Below, piece by piece: positions 11,301 through 22,300 of a stretch of 64,000 bases of DNA. This DNA comes from Ascidiella aspersa. Lineage: Eukaryota. Under the pieces are notes generated by a model. It had not been told where the DNA came from and made no database searches. It saw nothing but the letters and a program-made list of their open reading frames with translations. Each line of letters begins with the position of its first letter. The stretch's first letter is position 1. The stretch lies in NCBI GenBank assembly GCA_963924565.1, contig OZ004612.1:28706001-28770000 (forward strand), written 5' to 3'. Both the position numbers and the translations under genes were made by a program.

Positions 11301-14300
11301 GGGGAGGGCAATATGAATATATACACATAATTTAACTTTAGTACCGCTATTTATGATAATAATATGTACATACAAATTTATAGCAGTAGAAATTTATATA
11401 CAAATCAATATTATTCCATTGGTACCATTGCAGATTCACCGAATCTGTCGATCATTGATGCAAGCAGGGCAGACTAGAAAAAACAGCTAGCCTGCAGTGA
11501 GGTTCGAACTCACGACCTCCGGTCAAGCCGGGACCGTCGCTCTTCCAACAGAGCTATGCAGGCTCAGAAGGGAACGAGTCGAGAAACAACCACGCGCCAA
11601 TGCTTCTCACTTTGTTAGTACAAGCGACTTTATAAAGCAGCTTCAGAAGGGCTAGATCTCAGTTGTTAACACTCATATGTGTGTATATATGTTTCATTGT
11701 AATATTCCATTAGTAATTTATTAAAACTGAGTTACTAAGCATGAAGTAATATAATTATACACAATGATAATAATCGCATTATAAAATTCCAGAGGGTGGC
11801 AAGTGCCCCCCTCACCCCAATTGACTTGCTATGGCAATGGTTTGGACTTGACTTGCTATTTGTTGCAAATGGCTTTAAACACCATTCATTTAATAATAAT
11901 TTTTTTGAAACACTATACTGATTAGGCTACCCTTAAAAAGGGCGTTTTGCAGTACTATTGCCTATACATTAGTAAATTTCATAGTATACTTACATTTTAT
12001 ATTTTGTAAGTTACGGAGTACTTGGCGTTACTTCGGGCATTGAAGATCTTGGAAAGCTTAAACCAGACCTGGTCTTATGTTTGGCAATTACCTGGGTCTC
12101 CATCTACTTTACAACGTTCAAAGGAATAAATTGGACAGCTAAGGTTTTGCATTGTCGCTCAACTTGTATTTAAATTGGATATTACTTTGTATTTTTAATA
12201 ACATTTAAACAAGTGTGATAATATTAATCACAAATAGATCCTCTGGTAATTAATTTTATTGTCTAACGTTAGAACATTTTACATCGAATCGTTAAGCTCA
12301 ATGTTTTGTCATTTTTACTGTGTGTTGTCATGCATTGTATTGAACAAGCGTTCATTTCATTTAGCCTGAAGAAGCCAACTTATGTAGGTTGCCGAATTGT
12401 TGAAAAACAACAATAATTGCCGTAAGAGATATAGTTTAAATTTAGATTTAGTTTAACGTAATAAGAATATCAAAGCCCATACAGAAGTAGGTATCATTTT
12501 GAATAGTTGAAATGCTATGATGAAAATGAATAAAGAGTGATTCGAAACGTTCAAAATGCTACCCACTTCAATATGGGCTTTGGTATTCTTATTACGTCTT
12601 ACTACAACCTCCAACCATTATGCTCCAAAGATTTAGTTTAGTTTAGAATAATTTTAAACAGCGGTTTACAATTTGTACTTTTGCATTTTTTTTTCAGTTA
12701 ATTAAAAAAATTATATCGGTCGCTTAAATGCACACTATTTAAGGAAATGTTTAAAAATTGTTTTTTTTTTCATATCTCTAGGTAGCTTACGTAACGGCAA
12801 CTGCTCCGTTAATCCTTATCGCAATTATTGTGGTGCGAGGCGCTACCTTAGATGGCGCTAGTGATGGGATCGTATATTATCTCTATCCGAATGTCACTAA
12901 ACTAATGGAAATAGAGGTATGTGAAAGTAGTTTGTTAAATCATAGAAAATTATTACTACCATAGATTAGCCAGTATTGCCATTATGTAGAAAAATCGAAG
13001 TCCTATACAAGACTAAGCAAAAAACTTACAAAGAAGAAAGTCAAACTTTGTCCGGTCTCTTATGAAAGAATGCTACCTAATTATCTACTGCTTCAACAAA
13101 ATAAGGCCATATTAAGTTTAACTTAAACCATAAAAATTAAAGTTTAATAATCCGAGTAAAAACAGGATCAGACATATATGTTTCGCCTATACTGGCATCG
13201 TCAGTTCCTAAAAGTAAAGTAAAATACATATACTTTACTTGACGATGCCAGTATAGGCGAAATATATATTTCCTTGAATAAATGTCTGATCCTGGTTTCA
13301 TTCGGGTTTTTTAAACTTTGAGTTTTTTGTTATATACGCGTCAGCTGACCAGTGATCGACCAGCAGAAACCTGCTGCCAATAGTTTTGGATTCTATAAAG
13401 ATACCACTTTATATATAACGTTTAACATAGGTTTGGACGAGTGCTGGTTCCCAAGTGCTGTATTCCTACACAATTTGCTTCGGCTCAAGTGTGGTTCTCG
13501 GCAGTTACAACAAGATAGATCACAACGTTATAAGGTAATGCTTTACACGTTACAGCGATGACCTATACCACTTATATTCTTTGCGCTGATGCTTTACATC
13601 AGGATTTTTTAACTGAGGGTAAATTTGTCCTTTCTAACGGGACGGAAGGATTTTATAAGAACATGAAATGCTTTCAAGGAATATACCGGTTAGATTGGGA
13701 AAGCTTAGCCTATTACCGAAAATCAGTTGGCTTATCAGGATTATAGTGCAAGCGACGTCTGGCTAGAAAAACAACTTACCTGCGATGAGGTTCGAACTAA
13801 CTACCTTGGCCAAAGCGATCACAGAACCTTGTGAATTCCTGTATTAGTGTTTTCTTCGAAATGTTTATGAACTGAAACTTTCCACCAACTTGTCAGTTTG
13901 GTAACGGGATTGCAGCAATTTACAGTATAGAGTGGTATATTCACCGTCTATTAAAAGCTTATATAATGGTAATGATACAAGCAAGAAAGATTACACTATC
14001 AGCACTCATTTTTCCCTTTTTGCTTAGAGATTCTATTATTATCGGAGTTATGAATTCAGTGACAAGTTTTGTGAGCGGTTTTGCCATCTTTTCAACCCTT
14101 GGGTTCATGGCAAAATACAAGGTAAGCCACATACACATTCCTACGTATTAAACAAAAAAGTGTAGTATAACACGAACAAGAAACATTCGCAACTATTTTA
14201 TTCTTGTTGGTTTATAATTAATAATAGTTGGAAAATTGCTCAATATTCCAAATAAATGATATCTGAAGAAATAAGATGCCAATTACTTCAACAAACAACA

Positions 14301-17300
14301 AAAGATTGTCTCCACCCTATACGTGGATGACCAATAAGGAAAACACCCTCCAACAAACCCAGTTTTACCCACCGATAGCCCATGAGGAAATGCACCGGGA
14401 CCCATACTACCCCGTTAGCAACAGGGGGCTTACCCACAACGGCAACCCGGTGGTTACTCTCATCATCAATATCGCCTTCTTCAATCCTAAGTTGGACCAA
14501 ATATATTCCTTAAAATGCGTCGTATTGTGGCACTTTACAATCCACATTTATCCACTCAATCAGTAGACCTTTGTCGTTACCAGAACACGACGATCGACGA
14601 AGTGGCGCAGTCAGGCCCGGGCTTGGCTTTTACAGTTTACCCCGAAGCCCTGTCTCTTCTGCCTCTTCCCCAGTTCTGGACTGCGCTTTTCTTTCTCGTG
14701 CTCATCACGCTTGGATTCGATTCATTGGTAAGTTAAGTTATGTTAAACGTTGAAAAAAGCTAAGCTAAGTTATTTTAAAACGATTCTTGCTTGAGTTAAG
14801 TTCAAGTCAAAAAAGGATTGGGCTTCCCTAATGGTTAGCAGTAATATTTAATTGTTTTCGTAAGTGAAGTGAAGTCACTACTTAAAAAACTAATTATCCA
14901 CTTATGTCTTTAAATGCAAAATGCTTGACCTGATCAAACTCAATTGGAAAAATAATTTAACTAGGAAGACAGTAATTTAAACTTAGGCAACTTTTATACA
15001 ATTTCGTTTAGTTCCTATTATTTTGGCATTCTATTTTTTAAAAAACAAGACTGAGTTTAGAATTAAGTAATCTTCAAATGACGTACTTGGATGATGCTTA
15101 AAATGTACTACAGTACACTAAAATAAATAAAGTTCCTTTGCTATTTTTGAAACGTTTATTCAGACCTAAGTTGCGAAAAATAGTTTTATTCGTTTTAGTG
15201 TCACAAAGAGAGACAAACCCATCATTGTTGTTGTGATAGTTCTTGGTTTTGCTAACGTGGAGTTTTTTCTACAGTTTGTGTTCCAAGAGTGCATTGCCTC
15301 GATTGTGATCGACAATGTGGCAAGGATTCGCAAACTTCGCTACAACCGCGAGATAGTTCAAGCCGTCCTTGGATTTCTTATGTTTCTTGTGGGACTCTTG
15401 ATGGTCACAGAGGTAAACTCAAATGACTGAACTAGACTTTTTGTTTTGTAAATTTAATCCCTCCATACAAACAAAAAAACATATGAGAAAAGGACCTTAA
15501 AATTAGGGCGCTCATAAGGCCAATGTCAGACCTGTGGACCCCTTAATCGTCATATGCCCTTTTCACACAGTTCAAAGTGTTATTTAGGCCAGTGATTCTT
15601 AAACTTTTTTTTAGTTTTGTTCATCCCTAGCATCTATCTCCAGATTTCCTTTACCCTTGTCTCATGATATGATAAAACTATCTCGTCTATATATAACAGC
15701 ACACACGGAATATAGATTCACTATGGGATGAACCATTCACCTGATTAAGAAACACTGATTTAGACCATTTAAGGGTTATTTCGATGAGTTTAGGACTTAT
15801 TTGAACCAAAATTAACACAGGCGAAACGCCCACCGGGTTGAGTAAAACTGTTGGCAAACAAACAACAATTAAAAACAACAACAGAAAACACCATCCACTG
15901 CAAAAATGTCATGAACCTTATCCTAAAGTATAAATTAGATACAACAAAGTTTTGCGTTCTCCTGAACCTTTTAGATCTTCCAATCGCTTTCAGTAAGTAC
16001 ACCTGAGCTATTATAGTTTACATTCATTAAAGTATATTTAAGCCTAGTCTTATTAAAACTTTGCAATATTGCCTTAAAAATAGAAACGCAAAACATATGT
16101 GTGGACGTAAAACGAGAACAGTTTAATTAAAGGCTTTTTTCATAGGGTGGAGTTTACATTTTCGAGATCTACAACAACTACGCTGTTAGCGGTTGGTGTC
16201 TGTACGCCATCTCCTTGTGCGAGTTTGTGGCTGTGGCCTGGATTTACGGCTTGGACAGATACTGGGACGAACTCATGGCCATGATCGGACCTCACTACGG
16301 CAAGATGTGGTTCAAGATATGCTGCAAGTATACAGGACCCCCTATCTGTGTGGTAAGCGGCAGTTTTTAGTTGTATTTTATGCAAACTAATTTTTCACAG
16401 GTTTTCGATACTTGTGGCAAGCGGTATCTATGAGTAACTCTTTTGTCCATGAAGCACGGTTGTGCGAAAGCCCGTCAACAGTGAAATACAATTTGCCAAC
16501 AGTGTCACTTGATTTCAGTTTTTAATCCTTTTGTGTGTGTAGTAGTTTTTCACAGGTATATTAACGTTAAATCAAGTTTATTTCAATATTTTAAAATAAT
16601 CGCCAAATGACGTTTTCATATAATTTAGGAAATAGTGCAAATTGAATAGGTTCTATTATAATCCCAATACGACAGCATTTTTATCCACATCTATTTGCAA
16701 ATAACTATAACCCGTTTAACGTGATTCAGACCCTAAGTACATATTTCCTGTTTTCACCTGTGTTTGCTTTTTTCTAAATAATTTTCTTACTATGTACGGT
16801 AAGATTGGTTTAAATCCAAATTCTATCACAACTCAAAACGAAAATTTCAAAGATTTTTAATGATAAAGCTTAAACACAGAACTCCTAATAACAAACAGCT
16901 ATCGATTACTTATTTGTTTGTGCTGTTTTTACCGTGCTTAACTACATGGTTATAGAGCTTCTACTGCAAGAGAAAATATAAAAACCTAAACAGCTATATT
17001 AAAAAAAATTAAAAGACTTTCCGGCCGGATAAACCTTAAAACTTTTAATAAGGCTTTCTTATGAATTTCAATTCAAGAAATATATTTTTTAGCTTGTAGT
17101 AATATATTACTTGGCCAACACTTCGCTTCTGACATACGGCGACTACGTTTACCCAGTGTGGGCTCAGATGATCGCTCATATCATGAGTTTAAGCTCGTTT
17201 GCTTGGATCCCGGCATACGCAATCTTCACACTGGTGAGAAACAGAAAGGAAAGAATAAAGGATGAAAAGGTATTTAGAGCTAAGTAAAGGTTATAATTAA

Positions 17301-17869
17301 ACTATGAAATAAAAGAGGTAGGTTGTTAAAAAAACTAAGCAGGAATTGGTAAAGCGGTAAAAAAAAACACAACAATCGGAACATAAACAAAAACATGCAA
17401 TTTGCGTATCTTAATATACCGCCATACTACCCTTAACTTTTTTATTGCTAAGTGTTTTAAAGCGTTATTGCTTAACCAAATCCTGTAGAAGCGGCAACTA
17501 ACGTTATTATCTTAAGATATTTCCAAATATGCAGAAAGTCTTGCCAACAGATCAGATTATATTTAGAATGTTTGGCAAAAACAGGCATAAAAGCGCAGGC
17601 TACAATAATTTCAGTTTACACGATTCACTGTGTACTCCTGCTGGCATTTTATACATATTTTTTGTACACAAACTGAAAATGCCTGTTTTATACGGCGAAT
17701 GATATATTTCCGCAAATTTTAAGAAACATTATTATGCTTTTATACTAAACAGTCTAAATATCAACAGGGTTGGGTTCAAAATCTTAAAGTCTGCTTCTAT
17801 GTTTAGGAACTTCAAACTAACGATGACAAAGATAGCGCAATGAATGAAGTTGAAATGCGAATGCTTTGA
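8383..17869 (+). CDS. SLC6 transporter paralog B, complete, 12 coding exons, 574 aa
   Basis: Exons 8383-8557, 9257-9388, 10701-10923, 12011-12143, 12782-12916, 13431-13534, 14028-14121, 14584-14727, 15275-15412, 16146-16352, 17093-17269, 17807-17869 total 1725 nt in frame. TM1 signature [24 protein letters not shown]. The terminal exon (...MNEVEMRML*) is conserved in all three copies. Confidence 0.95.
9017..9220 (+). mobile_element. tRNA-derived repeat copy ending in a TIR-like terminus and (TG)n
   Basis: GAGGTCGTGAGTTCGAACCTCAC. The 3' end GGTCAAAAAGCGGCATCAGAATAGCTAGAT...TATGTGTGTG matches the family terminus. Confidence 0.65.
11425..11690 (-). mobile_element. tRNA-derived repeat, best-preserved copy, nested in other MITEs
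   Basis: CCTGCAGTGAGGTTCGAACTCACGACCTCCGG...GAGCTATGCAGG, with terminus CAGCTTCAGAAGGGCTAGATCTCAGTTGTTAACACTCATATGTG. Confidence 0.75.
12456..12630 (+). repeat. Asymmetric hairpin repeat family (also 19630-19802 reversed, about 34185-34340, 55943-56163, 59440-59555)
   Basis: CGTA(A/G)TAAGAATATCAAAGCCCATACAGAAGTAGG and its inverted complement, followed by the tail CTTACTACAACCTCCAACCATTATGCTCCAAA. Confidence 0.7.
13138..13319. mobile_element. Small palindromic MITE
   Basis: Arms CAGGATCAGACAT...TTCGCCTATACTGGCATCGTCA and TGACGATGCCAGTATAGGCGAA...ATGTCTGATCCTG. It is absent from the corresponding intron of paralog A. Confidence 0.7.
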
Positions 17870-18865
17870 AGTATTTTGTTTTCATCTGAAAGCAAAAATA
17901 TTCTACAAAGTTCAGCAATTTTTATTTCGTGTGTTTTTTGTTTGTATTCAGATTGTCAAGAAGTTATTTATTTAGGCCCTGGTGTAGTTTCGTATGTGCA
18001 GTGCATCGCAATCCATCAACGAGTAAATCTGTCGAATGACATACAAATGAATAATTCCAAATATTATCAGTCCTCGCACAATTCAAGTTACAGTACTTTA
18101 TGCAGTTTAAAAGTGAATTGCAATCAAAGTGTTGAATGTTGACGATACAGCGGGACTCTTTCTAACCAAAGGGATAGTAATTTAACAAACTTGGTTTAGT
18201 GGGAGGAAACAGGCTAAGTGCGGAAAAGCGTAGAAGATTGTATAAGCCGATATGCAAACTACTTTGTTTTCTCAAAGAGGTAATCACTTTGCAAAGCAAC
18301 TTAGATTAAATTAGGCACTTACATATCATAAGGGTTACAAAATTTAAATAAGGTTATTACATAACCAGGGGTGCTCATTGGTCGGTGAAAAAAACTCAGT
18401 GCCGTCGAAACATAAACCAGCTGTTTTTTAATGTTTATAAGCAGAGTTAAAAACAAGAGCTTGCATGACTAAATACAGGGTTCGCAAACTATGATGATAT
18501 TGTATGATTGTATTGACAGCTACAGACAAAAAATAAAATTGAGCAATGTTTATGTTTACGCTTTACGACGACTACGTCCGACCGGTGAAATTAAAACAAT
18601 GTCATTTGTCACGAAATTTTGTCTAATAGAGTACACATACATGCCGGTGTACGAAATCAGTCGAAAATAGCGAAAGAAAGCGATAACACCAATATTGTCG
18701 CTTTTCGGATAACTATATTTTGGGGTTATTTTACGAAAAATTTTGCCTTTGTTTGTCTAAGTCGTTCAGTTTTTGTAGCGAGCACTACGAAAAAGTAACT
18801 AGCAACTTAAAAAAAGACCAGATCAATTTAGTTTAAAAGTGGTACAATATTATTGGCGAGTAAAC

Positions 18866-19256
18866 CATAGGCGTAGCCAGGGGGGGGCTGAGGGGCCATG
18901 GCAAAATTTATAAATATTTTACTCTTAATAATTTGTTTTTTTTAGTATTGAAGAGCAGTACCACAACAGTCGGTCACAGGCATGCCACACCTTTAATTGT
19001 CATGCACTGTTACGTCACAAACAATGTATTTTATATTACGTTAGCTATACATTAATGTAGTTTTACCACTTTTAGAAAGTTTTTGCTCTTTGAATGGTTT
19101 TTGAGTAGTGCATTAACACTCAGTCAGTTGCTGCTCGAAACAGTTTTCTAGCATTGTTCTTTGTGTTCGTTAGGGCAGTTAATACAATGACAAAAGCTAA
19201 ACAAAAAAGTTCAAACTTTTTTGCCCCCAAAAAATTTTTGGCTGGCTACGCCACTG
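18866..19256. mobile_element. hAT-type MITE just upstream of the SLC6 paralog C start codon
   Basis: TIR CATAGGCGTAGCCAG / CTGGCTACGCCACTG with a perfect 8-bp TSD GAGTAAAC (18858-18865 and 19257-19264). Confidence 0.85.
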
Positions 19257-19334
19257 GAGTAAACGTAAAACCCGCAACTAAATAAAACTACGAATTGATT
19301 AACTTTAGTAGATCAACAATTCCTAAAACTAAAC

Positions 19335-22300
19335 ATGCCAAGCGAGGAATTGCCAGAGAATTCTAGCAATATTGGTAAGCCAAAGAAGACGCGGGCTGAA
19401 TGGAAGAAACCTTGGGACTTTATGTTTGCATCAGTGGGATGCACCATTGGTCTTGGAAACGTTTGGAGATTTCCCTACTTGTGTTTCAAGAATGGTGGAG
19501 GTAACAACTGCTTTACAATTTTTGGTCAATTGTTTTATTATATACATTTGTGTTGTATTGAAAATAGGCCCATGAGGGAATGAAGTCAATATCATGCCAA
19601 ACAAATGGCGAAAATAAGTTTTGGAATACATTTTAGACCATAATGCTTCGTTCGTGATAAGACGTAGATTATGTCGAAGCCAATACAGAAGTAGGGAGCA
19701 TTTTGAGACCGTTTCAAAAACTCTTTATTCATTTTCAGCATAGTCAAAATAAACACGTTCAAAAACCTATTCAGTTCTGTATGGGCTTTGATATTCTTAC
19801 TGTGGAAAACGTTTGTTTTTTGATAATTATAGTTTGTAGGTTTATTGCGTTTAGGAAAGAAATTGTGTCTTTTTTCTAACCTTGTTTTCTCAAAGGTGCG
19901 TTTCTCCTGCCCTACCTTCTAAGCGCCATCTTCCTGGGAATTCCCCTTTTGCTCCTGGAGATGAGCATTGGTCAAAAGGTCAAGAAAGGTTTGATAAAAA
20001 GCTGGGCCATCATTCCTGTCTTCAAAGGTGAGTTGCAAACTTTGTAAATCCAGAAAAGCATACTGTAGAATAAGAACAGCGTCCTAATTTAAGTTTTGTG
20101 TTGAAAAAGGCGCCGTTGGAAAATGGTATAGGCCTATATTTATTTTTATATAAATTTGTCCTTTAGAAGTATATTTGAAAAATGTCTTACACCAAAGTTG
20201 TGCCATTAGCACAGTAGTTGCCAACCACAGGAAAACGGACTGTAAACAGTATTGAGATTAAACGACAGAACAAGAAACGTTTGAATGCCAACTTTTCCAA
20301 TGTGATATTTTCTGTGACCTACAAGTTGCATTTCGGAAATTTAAGCCCTGAAATCCATTTACTATGTTGTGTAACTGTCCTTTACTTCAAATATTTGTTA
20401 ATTTATAATTAAAGACACTTCTGCATAATAACAGTGAAAGGCAAGTAACTTAGCGGGCTGCAGTAACATTTTTAATTACTTAACACGGAAAGGTAGTTCC
20501 GCATAGAAATGGCTGCAGAATATTTCATCAGGAATCGGAATTGCAAGTGCTGTAATACTTGTTCATACCAACGCCAGTTATCCAATCCTGCTCACTTGGT
20601 GTCTAAAATACTTCGTCAGCAGCTTTGCCACCAACTTGCCTTGGACCACTTGCCACAACGATTGGAACACTGCTGACTGCGTTACACCAAGCGGTGTGAA
20701 CACAACCGGGACAAACTCAAGTAAACTCATGTCGGCTGGAGAAGAATTTTGGAAGTAAGCGATTATCTTAATGATGGTTCAACTCAAGAATATAATACCA
20801 TCAGCTTCAAACTAAATCTCAATGTACGCTGTCTACCGTTCATATCCCTTACTTCTCTGTTGCAAACTGACTAGAAGGTTGTTTGTGATTCCTGTTATAC
20901 CAAGAAACACCATAAAATATTTAATACCAAAAGGGCTATTCGCAGCGAATGCTGCCATTTTACTGAGTGTTCCCGATATCCATGAATAACTAACGTTTTT
21001 CAATATGTTTGCAAGGTACGGAGTGCTTGGCATTACTTCAGGCATCGACGATCTTGGAAAGCTTAAACCAGATCTAGTCTTATGTTTGGCAGTTCTGTGG
21101 GTGGCCATTTGCTTGACAACCTTCAAAGGAATAAAATGGACAGCAAAAGTACGTTTTTTTTAGTAGTGACCGTTAATGACATACGTAAACTAAATAACAT
21201 TTGGCTTCCCACTTTTTGTAAAAATTGGAATTCAAGCAAACTAAATTTAAAAGTGAAGTCGTTGAAATTTTGACCAAAACATATTCGATTTAGGTAGTGC
21301 TTATAAAACAATATACATTTTACAAATAACATTTTTTTAAAGGTTGCTTACGTAACGGCAACAGCACCTTTCATTCTTATCGCAATTCTTTTGGTGAGAG
21401 GCGCTACATTAGATGGCGCTACAGATGGGATTGTATATTACTTGTATCCAAACGTCACAAAGCTAATGGAAGTAGAGGTATGCCACAGTGTTTTGTTATA
21501 CAATCAATTGTTATCACTCTACTACGGAATACATTTTGTTCTTGGGAATTACAGTTTGTCGGGTATTTGCGGTTAGGAAAGAATTTATTACTTTTTTTAC
21601 CTTGTTTTTCGAAAGTATATTTATCTGTATCCGAATGACACGAAACTGACGGAAGTAGAGGTATGCCGCAGTATTTTGTTATACAATGAATTGTTATGAC
21701 TCTACTATTATTTGCCGATAAAGAATGTTTGGCTAAATACAGAGTATTAAGGCAAAAGATTCTTGCAGACAGCGACGAAATGCACTTAGTTAGCCAGAAC
21801 TGCCATTTTATTCTCATGAGAGGACCATTACCTAATTATATGACCAACCCATCTATTTGACACATCAGAACGCAATCTAAGAGTTCCTCGATTTTTAGGT
21901 TTGAAACAATTAAATGGCATAAAAGCTTACTCAGTAAGGGTGGACCCGACGAACCTAACATATGGTCGAGAGAATATGTCAGTTGTAAAAGTCATTTTGA
22001 CATGATGTCCAAGTCAAGTCATCGCTAAAATAACTTAAAACTAAGTCAAGCGTTTTAAATGAATAACTAGACAAGTCCCAGTCCAAGCCAAGTCATAATT
22101 AGGTCAAGACAACTTCAAGTTAAGTCCTTCATTAAAACAAACGTTAAGCAAATAAAATTGGTAAACTCGTCCGATTATGAGCAATAACTGAAGTAACAAA
22201 TAAAACATACGCAACTTGTAGCAAGTAAATTGTTTTACCAGCAAATATTAAGAGAAATATCCAATTTTACAAAAAATGCTTCATTTTATCAAAATAATTA

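Noticed and set aside
14276-14566. 96-aa intronic ORF in SLC6-B
   Set aside because: It spans an insertion of about 170 bp absent from paralog A that looks like a retroposon 3' fragment, and it has no protein features.
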